64,000 nucleotides of DNA from an uncultured delta proteobacterium (GTDB lineage: Bacteria; Desulfobacterota; Binatia; Binatales; Binataceae). The stretch spans positions 1,440,001 to 1,504,000 of the forward strand of contig CAWCDG010000004.1 of the NCBI GenBank assembly GCA_963794325.1, given 5' to 3'. Below the pieces are notes generated by a model. It had not been told where the DNA came from. It searched no databases and was given only the letters and a program-made list of their open reading frames with translations. Below, in pieces: positions 1-9,682 of the stretch. How positions within the stretch are numbered: the first letter of the stretch is position 1; every line of letters starts with the position of its first letter. The translations under genes and the position numbers were made by a program.

Positions 1-816
1 CGATTGGATCAGGCTGCGCCGAGAATTTTTGTCGTTCAGCTGGGTGGCGCGGCGGGAACGCTGGCGGCGCTCGGCGCGGATGGACCTGCGGTAGCCGAGG
101 AGCTTGCGCGCGAGCTCGCGCTCGGTGTTCCGGACTCGCCGTGGCACGCCCAGCGCGATCGATTTGCGGAGGCTGGTGCGCTGCTCGGGCTGATTTGCGG
201 AAGCTTGTCGAAATTCGCGCTTGACATTTCGCTGATGATGCAGACCGAAGTTGGCGAGGTGTCCGAGCCGCACGAAGCGGGCCGTGGCGGGTCGTCAACG
301 ATGCCGCAGAAGCGTAATCCGATCGCGAGCGAGTACATTCTCGGCGCCACGCGTGCCGTGCATGCTTTGGTGCCGGTGATGCTTGGCTCGATGACCGCGG
401 ATCACGAACGCGCGACTGGGCCGTGGCAGAGCGAGTCGCTTGCGTTACCGCAATGTGTAGCTTTGACCGCGGGCGGGTTGGCGCATGCTCGTTCGATTGC
501 AGAAGGTATGACGGTCGACACCGAGCGCATGCGGCGCAATCTCGAACTGACTGGTGGATTGATCATGGCTGAAGCAATCGCGACTGCGCTGGTGCCGCGG
601 ATCGGTCGTGCTGCGGCCGAGGCCGCGGTTGCGCGCGTCTGCAATCGCGCGATCGCCGAGGGCGCACCACTCGCGGCGATCCTTGGCGAAGATCCTGGGT
701 TGCGGCCGCACCTGAGCGGCGCTGAGATCGAGAGACTTCTGGATCCCGCTCAGTACCTTGGATCGGCAGGCGTCTTCGTCGATAAGGTTGTCGCACGAGT
801 TGCCGCGCTCCGGTAG
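1..816 (+). CDS. Fumarase/aspartase-superfamily lyase, PcaB-like (3-carboxy-cis,cis-muconate cycloisomerase / adenylosuccinate lyase family); 5' end outside window
   Basis: Signature GGSSTMPQKRNP; QLGGAAGTLA, WHAQRD and DHERATGPWQSE motifs typical of PcaB-like lyases. Confidence 0.85.
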   Translation, partial: RLDQAAPRIFVVQLGGAAGTLAALGADGPAVAEELARELALGVPDSPWHAQRDRFAEAGALLGLICGSLSKFALDISLMMQTEVGEVSEPHEAGRGGSSTMPQKRNPIASEYILGATRAVHALVPVMLGSMTADHERATGPWQSESLALPQCVALTAGGLAHARSIAEGMTVDTERMRRNLELTGGLIMAEAIATALVPRIGRAAAEAAVARVCNRAIAEGAPLAAILGEDPGLRPHLSGAEIERLLDPAQYLGSAGVFVDKVVARVAALR

Positions 817-841
817 CGGCTTCTTCAATCAGGAGGCGCCG

Positions 842-1975
842 ATGAAAAACGAGTCACCTCACAACCCTCCGTTTCGCGCCGATCACGTAGGCAGTCTGCT
901 GCGCCCGCTCGAATTGCTGAAGGCTCGCGCCGACCGCGCGGCCGGCAAAGTCTCAGCCGAGGAATTGCGTGCCATTGAGGACTCATCGATTCGCAAGGCG
1001 GTGGCGTTTCAGGAGAGCGTCGGGCTTCAGTCGATCACCGACGGCGAATTTCGCCGCGAGATTTTTTATTCCGACTTTTATTTCCGAGGCCTCGGCGGCG
1101 GCACGGTTGCTTACGATCCGTCGTCGATCGACGAGGTCTATTTCATCGATCGCGAGGGTCATAAATTGCCACTGTTGGTGCCGCGAGTGCAGGCGCGGAT
1201 GCGCTGGCATGATCCGATCCACGTGGACGACTTCAAATTCCTTCGCGCGGCGACAACGCGCACCCCGAAGATTACGATTCCGTCTCCTACCATCATCCAC
1301 TTCCGCGCCGGCCGCGAGAATATCAGCAAGGATGTTTATCCGGAGATCGATCTTTTCTGGGAAGATATCGTCGATGCGTTTCAGCGGGAGTTAAAGGCAC
1401 TTGCCGCCGCTGGCTGCACCTATGTGCAGATAGATGAGACGACGCTGGCATCGCTGAGCGACCGGCGAATTTGGGAGCCATTGCGAAAGCGTGGCGATGA
1501 TGCTCGCATGCTGTTGCTCGATACCTATCCTGCGGTGATGAACCGCGCGTTTGCGGGCCGCCCAGCTGGGTTGCAACTCTCGATGCACATTTGCCGTGGC
1601 AATAATCAGAGTCATTGGAGCGCCGAGGGCGGATACGATCTGGTCGCCGATACGCTGTTCAACAAGATCGAGGTTGATTCTTATTTTCTGGAATACGACA
1701 CGCCGCGTGCCGGAAGTTTCGAACCGCTGCGGCTGGTGCCAAAGAACAAAACCGTGGTGCTCGGGCTGGTCTCGAGTAAATTTCCAGAGCTCGAATCGAA
1801 GGATTCACTCAAGCGCCGAATCGAGGAGGCCTCGAAATTTGTCGGGCTCAACCAACTCTCGATCAGTCCGCAATGCGGATTTGCGAGCACTGCGCCCGGC
1901 AACAAAATTTCCGCAGCGGACCAGCGCGCCAAGCTGGAGTTGGTGGTTGAAGTTGCCAAGGAAGTTTGGGGCTAG
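842..1975 (+). CDS. Cobalamin-independent methionine synthase catalytic-domain family protein (single domain, YxjH-like)
   Basis: PPFRADHVGSLLRP, ITDGEFRR, zinc ligands HICRGN and SPQCGFAS; RBS AGGAGG before ATG 842. Confidence 0.88.
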   Translation: MKNESPHNPPFRADHVGSLLRPLELLKARADRAAGKVSAEELRAIEDSSIRKAVAFQESVGLQSITDGEFRREIFYSDFYFRGLGGGTVAYDPSSIDEVYFIDREGHKLPLLVPRVQARMRWHDPIHVDDFKFLRAATTRTPKITIPSPTIIHFRAGRENISKDVYPEIDLFWEDIVDAFQRELKALAAAGCTYVQIDETTLASLSDRRIWEPLRKRGDDARMLLLDTYPAVMNRAFAGRPAGLQLSMHICRGNNQSHWSAEGGYDLVADTLFNKIEVDSYFLEYDTPRAGSFEPLRLVPKNKTVVLGLVSSKFPELESKDSLKRRIEEASKFVGLNQLSISPQCGFASTAPGNKISAADQRAKLELVVEVAKEVWG

Positions 1976-2158
1976 CCGCAAAGATTTCAGGAAGATGACC
2001 GCCGCCATCGACTCGCTACCGCACCGCCTGGATTAGCTACTCGCTTTCGCAGCCTCCTTCGAAAATGAGTACTGCGCCGTCGGATTTACACTAACTTGAG
2101 CGGATGGTAGCGTCGGCCAAAGGTTTCGTGCTGGGGGGCCGGGATCGAGGGGATTTGC

Positions 2159-5100
2159 GTGGCACAGAACGATGGCGGCTCAGCCGAGCGTCGAAGCCAT
2201 CCAAGGTCGCAGCCAGCAGGCGATGGGCACGCGGGCGTATTCGCGTGCAGCGGCGAGTATTGGACTCTCGGCTATGACAACGCCAGTTTCACGCTGAAGG
2301 ACATCAAGGGACTCGGCTACATTCAACGCCTGCTGAAGCATCCTGGCGAAGAATTCCATGCGCTGGATCTCCTCGGTAGTACCAGTACGAGCGCCGCTTT
2401 CGAAGTGGAGGGAGCGGACCAGACTTCGCTGCTCGGTAGCGCCACTGTCAGCGTCGGGGGACTCGGCGACGCGGGCGAGATGCTCGACGCGAAGGCCAGG
2501 CAGGAATATCACCGCAGACTCGTTGAGCTTCGTGAGGACCTCGAGGACCTGCGCGAGCGCGGAAACGAGACGCGCGCCGCTGAAGTCGAGTCCGAGATTG
2601 ATTTTCTGAATCGCGAGATAGCTCGGGCGGTTGGTCTAGGCGGGCGAGATCGGCGCGCCGGGTCTGCCGCAGAGCGCGCGCGGCTTAATGTCACGCGAGC
2701 TATAAAATCCGCGCTGCAAAAAATTTCCGAGCATCATGGCCAACTCGGCGAACTGTTGGATCGATCGATCAAAACGGGATCGTTCAGTTGCTATCTTGCC
2801 AATCCGCGCACACCGGTAGCCTGGCGATTCTCGCTCGACGAGGGCGTCAAGCCGTCGGTAGGCGTCGAAGTCACGGCGCCGATTTTCTCGCGTCCCGAAA
2901 CCAGTCTCGTTCAATCGCTCGGCGATCGCACCGCATTTGTCGGCAGAGAAACGGAACGCTCGATGCTTCGCCGACTGCTGGAGCGAGTCATTGCCGGCGA
3001 GGGCGCGGTGGCGATGATCGGAGGGGCGCTCGGCGTTGGCAAAACCCGAATTTCAGCAGAGTTCGCGGCTGAGGCTTCGGCGCGAGGATTCGTTACGCTG
3101 GTGGGTAGCTGTTACGATCGCGAGAATTCCCTTCCGTTCAACCCGTTCGTTGAGATTCTCGAGTCGGCGATGGCTCAATCGACAAGCCAGGAAGTCTTCC
3201 GTAACGCGCTCGGGAATGACGCGGGCGAGATGGCTCGATTGATGCCGCAGCTCCGCCGTCTCTTTCCGGACATTCCACCCCCGCTTGAAGTTTCGCCGGA
3301 GCAGTCGCGAAGGATTCTCTTCAACGCGGTCGTAGAGCTGCTCGGCCGAAGCGCCTCGACCGGTCCGATCCTTCTGCTATTCGAAGACCTGCATTGGGCT
3401 GACGAAGGAACGCTGTCGCTGCTGAATCATATTGCGCGCTCGATATCGAGAATTCCGGTGCTGATACTGGGCACCTATCGTGACAATGAGATCGATTCCG
3501 GCGGGCCTTTCGCGCAGACACTCGACGAGTTGCTACGCATTCATATGCTCGACAGGATCAATCTGCGAGGCCTGCCGCAGAGCGCTGTTGCGGAAATGAT
3601 TCGTGCACTCAGTGGGAAAGAGCCGCCAAGAGAGGTCGTGAACCTGATCTACTCGGGCACCGACGGCAATCCATTCTTCGTCGAAGAGCTTTTTCGCCAT
3701 CTCGTCGAGCGCGACAGGCTTATGGATGAGAGTGGTGAGTTTCGACGGGATCTCAATCTGACTGAGATAGACGTCCCGCAAACTTTGCGGCTTGTGATAG
3801 GACGGCGGCTGGCACGACTCACCGATGAAGCGCAAAAGATCCTGGGTCCCGCCGCAGTCATAGGACGATCATTCACCTTCGAGCTCCTGGAAGCCTCGAC
3901 CGATATTGAAGCAGACTCACTGCTGGATTGCGTTGAAGAAGTCGAAAAAGCAGGGCTGATTTACTCGACCCTGGGTTACCCGGAAGCGAACTTTCAGTTC
4001 TCTCATGAGCTGATTCGGAGTGCCGTCCTTAGTGACCTATCCGCTCCGCGTCGTCAACGGATCCATCTTAATGTGGTCAGCGGAATCGAGCGCGTTCACG
4101 CCAATGCTCTCGAGGATCATGCGGGAAATCTGGCGCATCATCTGTGGCAAGCGGGCCGAGCAGCGGATCCCGATAAGACGGTTCACTTTCTGACGCTGGC
4201 CGCACAACAAGCACTTAAGCAGAGCGCCTATGAAGGAGCGCTTCGTTATTTCCAGAATGCGCTGGAGCTGCTCAGAGTGTTGCCGTACTCACAGGAGCGG
4301 GCGGGGCGCGAGCTGGATCTACAACTCGACTACGGGCTCGCGTTGCTCGCCACTAAAGGCTGGTACGCTCCTGAATTGGGAAGCACCTATAGACGCGCTC
4401 ATGAGTTGTGCCAGAGTCTTGGAGGTGATCTTAAGCTCTTCTCAGCACTTTCCGGACTGTGGAGCTACCACTTGGTGCGAGGCGAGCACACGATGGCGCT
4501 CAGTTATACGGATGAAATGGCTCGCCTGGCGCCCACCATAGAAAATGAGGGAATGCTGATTCAGGCCGACTGGGCATCTGGCTGCAGTCGATTTTTCAAG
4601 GGTCAATTTGTAGAAGCGCACGCGCGTCTCGAGCGGGGAGCGGGACTGTACGATCGACACAGGCACCGAGCACTAGCGTCTCAATTCGGGCAAGACCCGT
4701 GCGTGAGTTGTCATTGTTTCGATGCGATGACACTTTGGATGCTTGGCTATCCCGATCAAGCCGAGAGAAAGGCGCAAGAGGCCATCAGGCTTGCACGGGA
4801 TCTGGATTATCCGTTCACACTCACCTGGTGCCTATCAATGATTGGGAAGTACTACTCGATGCGCCGGGACTATGTGGCCGCGGAAACGGTAATAGCTGAA
4901 GGCCTGACACTTACAAAGGAGTATGGATTTTCCTTCTTTACGGAGTCGCTGCTCGCGTATCGCGTGATCGGTGCGGCAGCTCAGGGAAGAATAGATCAGA
5001 TGACTGCCGGCGGCGGCAACCCCGGTGGATTTGCGGCCGCTGGTTATGAGTTGGCGCATACCTGGGCCCGATCGACTATAGCAGAAGCATTGGGTGATCT

Positions 5101-5536
5101 TGGGCAAGTCGACATAGGATTCGCGCTATTGGCCGAGGCCAGGGAGCTGATGGTACGGAATGACGAGCGTTACGTGGAAGCGGAAATACATCGGATTCAC
5201 GGTGAATTGAAGCTGAAACAGGCGGCGCGCGACTCGTCGAACCCGGCCAATGCGTCGAAGTGTGAGTCAGAGGCAGAAGAGAGCTTCCGCAAGGCCATTG
5301 ATATTTCTCGTGCGCGCAGCGCCAAGACATTGGAATTACGCGCGACGACTAGCTTGAGCCGTATGCTCGTAAAGAGCGGTAGACAAGCAGAGGCGCTTTC
5401 TCTCCTTCAACATATATGCGATTGGTTCAGCGAGGGCTTGGATTGGCAGGAGCTTCAGGCCGCCAAATCGATTCTGGCTGATCTTTCAAAATCTGAATCT
5501 GATCAAAAGCGCCCTATTCGATCGCTAGCTCGTTGA
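2159..5536 (+). CDS. AAA-ATPase/TPR signal-transduction protein with an N-terminal putative DNA-binding module
   Basis: FVGRETE, Walker A GALGVGKT, Walker B FEDLHWAD, GNPFFVEE, FSHELIR, C-terminal ELRATTSL...WFSEG helical repeats. Confidence 0.85.
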   Translation: MAQNDGGSAERRSHPRSQPAGDGHAGVFACSGEYWTLGYDNASFTLKDIKGLGYIQRLLKHPGEEFHALDLLGSTSTSAAFEVEGADQTSLLGSATVSVGGLGDAGEMLDAKARQEYHRRLVELREDLEDLRERGNETRAAEVESEIDFLNREIARAVGLGGRDRRAGSAAERARLNVTRAIKSALQKISEHHGQLGELLDRSIKTGSFSCYLANPRTPVAWRFSLDEGVKPSVGVEVTAPIFSRPETSLVQSLGDRTAFVGRETERSMLRRLLERVIAGEGAVAMIGGALGVGKTRISAEFAAEASARGFVTLVGSCYDRENSLPFNPFVEILESAMAQSTSQEVFRNALGNDAGEMARLMPQLRRLFPDIPPPLEVSPEQSRRILFNAVVELLGRSASTGPILLLFEDLHWADEGTLSLLNHIARSISRIPVLILGTYRDNEIDSGGPFAQTLDELLRIHMLDRINLRGLPQSAVAEMIRALSGKEPPREVVNLIYSGTDGNPFFVEELFRHLVERDRLMDESGEFRRDLNLTEIDVPQTLRLVIGRRLARLTDEAQKILGPAAVIGRSFTFELLEASTDIEADSLLDCVEEVEKAGLIYSTLGYPEANFQFSHELIRSAVLSDLSAPRRQRIHLNVVSGIERVHANALEDHAGNLAHHLWQAGRAADPDKTVHFLTLAAQQALKQSAYEGALRYFQNALELLRVLPYSQERAGRELDLQLDYGLALLATKGWYAPELGSTYRRAHELCQSLGGDLKLFSALSGLWSYHLVRGEHTMALSYTDEMARLAPTIENEGMLIQADWASGCSRFFKGQFVEAHARLERGAGLYDRHRHRALASQFGQDPCVSCHCFDAMTLWMLGYPDQAERKAQEAIRLARDLDYPFTLTWCLSMIGKYYSMRRDYVAAETVIAEGLTLTKEYGFSFFTESLLAYRVIGAAAQGRIDQMTAGGGNPGGFAAAGYELAHTWARSTIAEALGDLGQVDIGFALLAEARELMVRNDERYVEAEIHRIHGELKLKQAARDSSNPANASKCESEAEESFRKAIDISRARSAKTLELRATTSLSRMLVKSGRQAEALSLLQHICDWFSEGLDWQELQAAKSILADLSKSESDQKRPIRSLAR

Positions 5537-5546
5537 AGTAGACTCG

Positions 5547-6548
5547 GTGGGTCGATGCTCAACCATCAAGGCGCTCATCATCGGCGCATCCGGGCACCTA
5601 GGCAACGCTATCGTTCGCGAGTGCCTGGACAGGAGCTACAGGATTACTGCGTGCGGCCGCCGGAGTGTTCCTGCGGCCAACCTGTCCGATCTGCCGATCC
5701 GCTACCTATCGGGAGATAGCGTGACGCCGGGACAACTTGACAAATGGATAGCCGGGCACGACCTGGTCGTAGATGCGGCAGCCCCTTACCCCCTTAGCGT
5801 GTTTTCTCCTGTGAGCGAAGCCGGCAAGGATCCGATTGCGCACGCCGAGCGAAGAACACGGCTGCTGCTTGACGCCGTTTGGAGGCATAAGTCGCGGCTG
5901 GTTTACGTCGGTTCGTTCGTTACCCTTGTCAAACCTCGTACGAGTGTTCAGCGTTTCCAGCATGAGATGATGCGGCTCGCGCATCCCTACTTCGAGGTGA
6001 AGGAGCTGATTGAATCGCAAATGCTCGAGGCGAGTCGGCGCGGACTTCCGGTCGTCATCGCGAACCCTACGTACTGCCTCGGGCCGTGGGACTTGCACGA
6101 CCGGCGACTATGCACGATCCCACTACTGCTGCGCGGAGAGATACCTTCTTCCATCACCCAGATGCTGAACGTGATCGATGTTCGCGACGTCGCCGCAGGG
6201 ATCGGCGCTGCTATAGATGCCGAATACTACGGCAAACCGATACAGATGAGCGGTCACGACATCTCTACACAGGAATTGTATTCACTGATTTGCGAACTTG
6301 GCGGTGTGCCGCGACCGAGGATATCCACGGCGGCATCGCTAGCGCTCGCCGGCGCCTACGCCATGGAATTGACGTTGGGCGCGATAGGAGAGACAACCCT
6401 GCTGCCGGCCGGAGGAATGATGATGGCCGCTATGTTTGATTACATGGGAGTCGGCAAAGAGTTGCAGGAACTGGGTATCACTCCGAGGCTCCTCTCTGAA
6501 ACCGTCGTTGATGCTATCAAATGGTATCGTCAGATTGGCTATTGCTGA
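5547..6548 (+). CDS. NAD-dependent epimerase/dehydratase (extended SDR, HpnA/dihydroflavonol-reductase-like)
   Basis: GASGHLG Rossmann motif, YFEVK (YxxxK), NPTYCLGPWD, NVIDVRDVA. Confidence 0.85.
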   Translation: MGRCSTIKALIIGASGHLGNAIVRECLDRSYRITACGRRSVPAANLSDLPIRYLSGDSVTPGQLDKWIAGHDLVVDAAAPYPLSVFSPVSEAGKDPIAHAERRTRLLLDAVWRHKSRLVYVGSFVTLVKPRTSVQRFQHEMMRLAHPYFEVKELIESQMLEASRRGLPVVIANPTYCLGPWDLHDRRLCTIPLLLRGEIPSSITQMLNVIDVRDVAAGIGAAIDAEYYGKPIQMSGHDISTQELYSLICELGGVPRPRISTAASLALAGAYAMELTLGAIGETTLLPAGGMMMAAMFDYMGVGKELQELGITPRLLSETVVDAIKWYRQIGYC

Positions 6549-6564
6549 TGCCGTAAGATTCTCA

Positions 6565-8895
6565 CTAGGGCATCCTCTTCTTTCGTTTCAGTGCAATCAC
6601 TCTTCGCGCGGCTCCTTTTCGGATGCGTCCGATACTGCTATCAAAAGCCGGGACGCGCTGCCAACGGGTCCCTACACGCGAGCACATCTCAAGGCCCGTA
6701 TCGCCAACCATCGCGCCGGATATCCAGAACGGATCGACCGGCTTCAAGGTATACATCGGGTATGGCCCGGTGCTATCGCAGTCTTCAGGTATCAATCCGA
6801 GTGTTTCGACAATCGGGAACGTTGGATAGTCGAAGACCCTGACTGCCAGCGGCGGTAGCGCACCCGTTGCCGGACTTCCCGCGTGGTCTTTGAGTCCTGT
6901 GAATTGGCGAAGGAGCGCTACGAGCGCCTGGTAATTTGCCAGCGCACAGTCTTTTGCATCCATGACTTGCTTTAGTGAGATGCTGTGAAATTCATTGCCG
7001 GTAAGGAAGTGTTCCAGGCCGAGTTGCTTAAGGTATGTTGCGATTGAACCGCGAGATCCCGATCCCGGCGCGGAAAGGATTTCCAGCACCGTCATATCCT
7101 TTGCTTCCTGGCTCTTACCAAGCTCCGGAAAAAGCTGGGTACTCACCGCCAAGAGCGGTTCCGGTTCGCGGTGAGCTGTGGGAGGGACGAGCCAGGCAAT
7201 ATCTGGATTAGATAGGTTCGACTTGAGAGACAATTGCCCGAATACCTCGTACGACGTCACCGTATTCCAGTCAGTACCCGCGAATATGTATAGTGGAATC
7301 AGCGCGGGACTCTTGACGCCAGGAATGCGCTTGTCCCACCATACCACCGGCACCGCAAACGTCAGCTCGCGATCGGAGTACTTAGTGTCTCGATCGCCGG
7401 CCGCAGTCATTTGATCGAAATTGGCACCTATAAGACAAACTACCGCGTGTGTTCCACTCTTGTCTTCGAGCTGTCCGGCCACCTCGAATTTGAAGAAATC
7501 GTTTTCCAGGTACCTATCGAGCATGTCTTGCAAACCACGCTTTTCAGCTTTGAGAGGCATCACTCGAAGTGTTATCTGCGGGAAGTGATAAGGGCCGCTC
7601 ACCTCCTCGCCCGCGCCGCTTCCCAGGTTGAGATAGGCAATCTCTCTTCGCGGCATTTGTTTTGGAGTATCGCCGGTATTCCATTTGGTGGTATTCGTAC
7701 GCCAGCATTGCGAATCCGCCAGCCCATAACCGAGATCCATCTTTAGCCAGAAAGGCATCATAGGGCGCACCGTCGATGCAGGTTTGCCGCCAACGCTGGA
7801 ATGTTCCGACGTCTCTATTCCTAACGTCCGCACGATAGGCTGAACCGCGGTGTCGCGAAGGTTGACGTAGATTCCGCCAGATGGGTCTCCCGAAATTGGA
7901 TCGAACAGAGAGCCACCATCGATGGTTCTTTCGATTTGCATCTTCGATCCGACGATTGCCTGAAAACAGGCAGCCGACGAACTGTGCACACCACGGATTT
8001 GCTTCATGGTGATGACGCTCATGGGAGCAATCAGAGAACCCTGAATCGAGGTCTGCTGCGATTGTACGTCTTCGGGCGGTGCACGAAACGAAGTAGGGGC
8101 CACCGACGTCGATAGTCCGTAAAAGCGCGACAACATCTCCTGCAGTGACTTTATGTCGCGATCGGAATAGCCGATTGGGAAGAAGCCCGCGGTCTCGAAA
8201 ATGCTAATAGCCGCCGTTACTGAACTTGCTATTGCCCGCGGAATAGCGGTGAACAAATCGGTAACGGCGGAGCTGGCCGACATGAAGGGCCTGCGTTGAA
8301 AGATTTGCAGGAACTCCTCGGCGCCTGACTGTTCGCCATAGTTAGTGCCTGAGGTAACGAGGCTGATGCTGGCCAGGCGCCGTGCATTGCCAGCCTCGAA
8401 GATTGCCGGACTAACATCGATCTTGATTCCGGACTTGGACCATCCGTAGATCTTGCGACCACCGGACATAGAGAGTGGGTTGTCCACGAAGATAAATGGA
8501 AACACCATTGCCCAATCGGCGAATACCCAGTTCCTTTTCTCTTTCTTATAGCATCGAATCGGGACGCCAAATGCCAGCTCATGCTGCGAGAACCATCCTA
8601 CGTTCCTCGACGAAACAGCCATCTGCCCGTAGTCGACAACTTGCATCAAGACCCACGGCACGGCGGGCTTGAAGTAGAGAGGCAGCTCTTCGTCCAGGTT
8701 GAGATAGTTGTCACAAAATTCCTGGAGCCGATCCATGCTGGCCTTCAGAGGAAAAATCTGCGTCACTACATCGCTGTATTTCTGTTCGAGATGAGCCGGT
8801 AGAGCTAGAAACTCGCCGAGGGCATGATTGAATTTAGGTAGAGCCGCAGTTCTGCTTATTCGAGGCGGCTGAGTCTTCTTCTTGGCCATGGACAT
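6565..8895 (-). CDS. Hypothetical protein with two tandem acetoacetate-decarboxylase-like domains
   Basis: Internal duplication: FPLKASMDRLQEFCDNYLN vs MPLKAEKRGLQDMLDRYLE; SQHELAFGVPI vs SDRELTFAVPV; ITMKQIR..ACFQAIV vs ISLKQVM..ANYQALV; ADC-like motif GRKIYGWSK. Confidence 0.65.
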   Translation of the reverse strand: MSMAKKKTQPPRISRTAALPKFNHALGEFLALPAHLEQKYSDVVTQIFPLKASMDRLQEFCDNYLNLDEELPLYFKPAVPWVLMQVVDYGQMAVSSRNVGWFSQHELAFGVPIRCYKKEKRNWVFADWAMVFPFIFVDNPLSMSGGRKIYGWSKSGIKIDVSPAIFEAGNARRLASISLVTSGTNYGEQSGAEEFLQIFQRRPFMSASSAVTDLFTAIPRAIASSVTAAISIFETAGFFPIGYSDRDIKSLQEMLSRFYGLSTSVAPTSFRAPPEDVQSQQTSIQGSLIAPMSVITMKQIRGVHSSSAACFQAIVGSKMQIERTIDGGSLFDPISGDPSGGIYVNLRDTAVQPIVRTLGIETSEHSSVGGKPASTVRPMMPFWLKMDLGYGLADSQCWRTNTTKWNTGDTPKQMPRREIAYLNLGSGAGEEVSGPYHFPQITLRVMPLKAEKRGLQDMLDRYLENDFFKFEVAGQLEDKSGTHAVVCLIGANFDQMTAAGDRDTKYSDRELTFAVPVVWWDKRIPGVKSPALIPLYIFAGTDWNTVTSYEVFGQLSLKSNLSNPDIAWLVPPTAHREPEPLLAVSTQLFPELGKSQEAKDMTVLEILSAPGSGSRGSIATYLKQLGLEHFLTGNEFHSISLKQVMDAKDCALANYQALVALLRQFTGLKDHAGSPATGALPPLAVRVFDYPTFPIVETLGLIPEDCDSTGPYPMYTLKPVDPFWISGAMVGDTGLEMCSRVGTRWQRVPAFDSSIGRIRKGAARRVIALKRKKRMP

Positions 8896-8952
8896 TCCCC
8901 CGATTTTGTTGCACCTAAAGTCAGCAAAGCGTTGGTTGTTACCTGGGCCTTA

Positions 8953-9667
8953 CTAGTCCGCAATTCGAATACTCAGTGTTCCTCGAGTCTCGCCGGTCTC
9001 GCGATCTACGATTACGCCAGAGTAGGTACCCGGAGGTTGGCTCTCTGGTATTCGAAGACGCAGCTTAACGCGGCCTGCCACTTCGTCAGGTACCAAACTG
9101 ATATCTCTCAAAACCGGTTTCCGGGAATCAACGGCGCTTAGGCCCAGAGCTACAAGGGATTGAGATTCCGAATTCGGACGGAGTTCGACCGATACCTGGA
9201 CGGGTCGGAGCGAGGCTACTTCTATCGATACAGCCATCATTTCGGCGTCGTTTGCATGAGGTCGAGTTGCCGGGTCGGGTGCGTGGCCGTTTTGTGAGGG
9301 ATAAACTTTGACGAGTGTTGATAGTGTTTCGATCCAGAGCGGAAGCATCTCGGCCTGAAAGCGTAGCATCCGCTCGACAAGTACTTGCAGGTTGTCGCCT
9401 GGCGCGATGAGTTGTATAAGGCTGAGTGCTGAAGCCCTCGGCCGCTCGCCGCCCTTCGGCGATGTGCTTTTCGATCACGCTATACGCGAGTTCGACACCT
9501 TCGGCCAGTGGATTTTCACTCCTCGCGACACGACCTGTGTCGGGTGGGACTGGCTTTGCGGGACCGGATCCGTTGGCAGAATCGGATTTGCTATATAGCT
9601 TCGAGAAATTGCGGACCGGTGTAATCCTCGCCGGATCACCGCGATGGAGTCGTTTGCGATCGTTCAT
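8953..9667 (-). pseudogene. Hypothetical protein split by an apparent frameshift near 9410 (or an assembly error)
   Basis: ORF 9128-9667 has an RBS-like GGGGGAAC and looks coding up to QPYTT; ORF 8953-9369 is open upstream of its ATG (APGDNLQVLVER-MLRFQ) in the adjacent frame; lies between two co-oriented genes. Confidence 0.55.
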
Positions 9668-9682
9668 GTTCCCCCGCAGCGT

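Noticed and set aside
1-1975. Lyase plus MetE-like pair as a coenzyme M biosynthesis or epoxyalkane:CoM transferase locus
   Set aside because: The second protein has the generic PPFRADHVGSLLRP single-domain signature and no other CoM genes are visible; upstream context is missing
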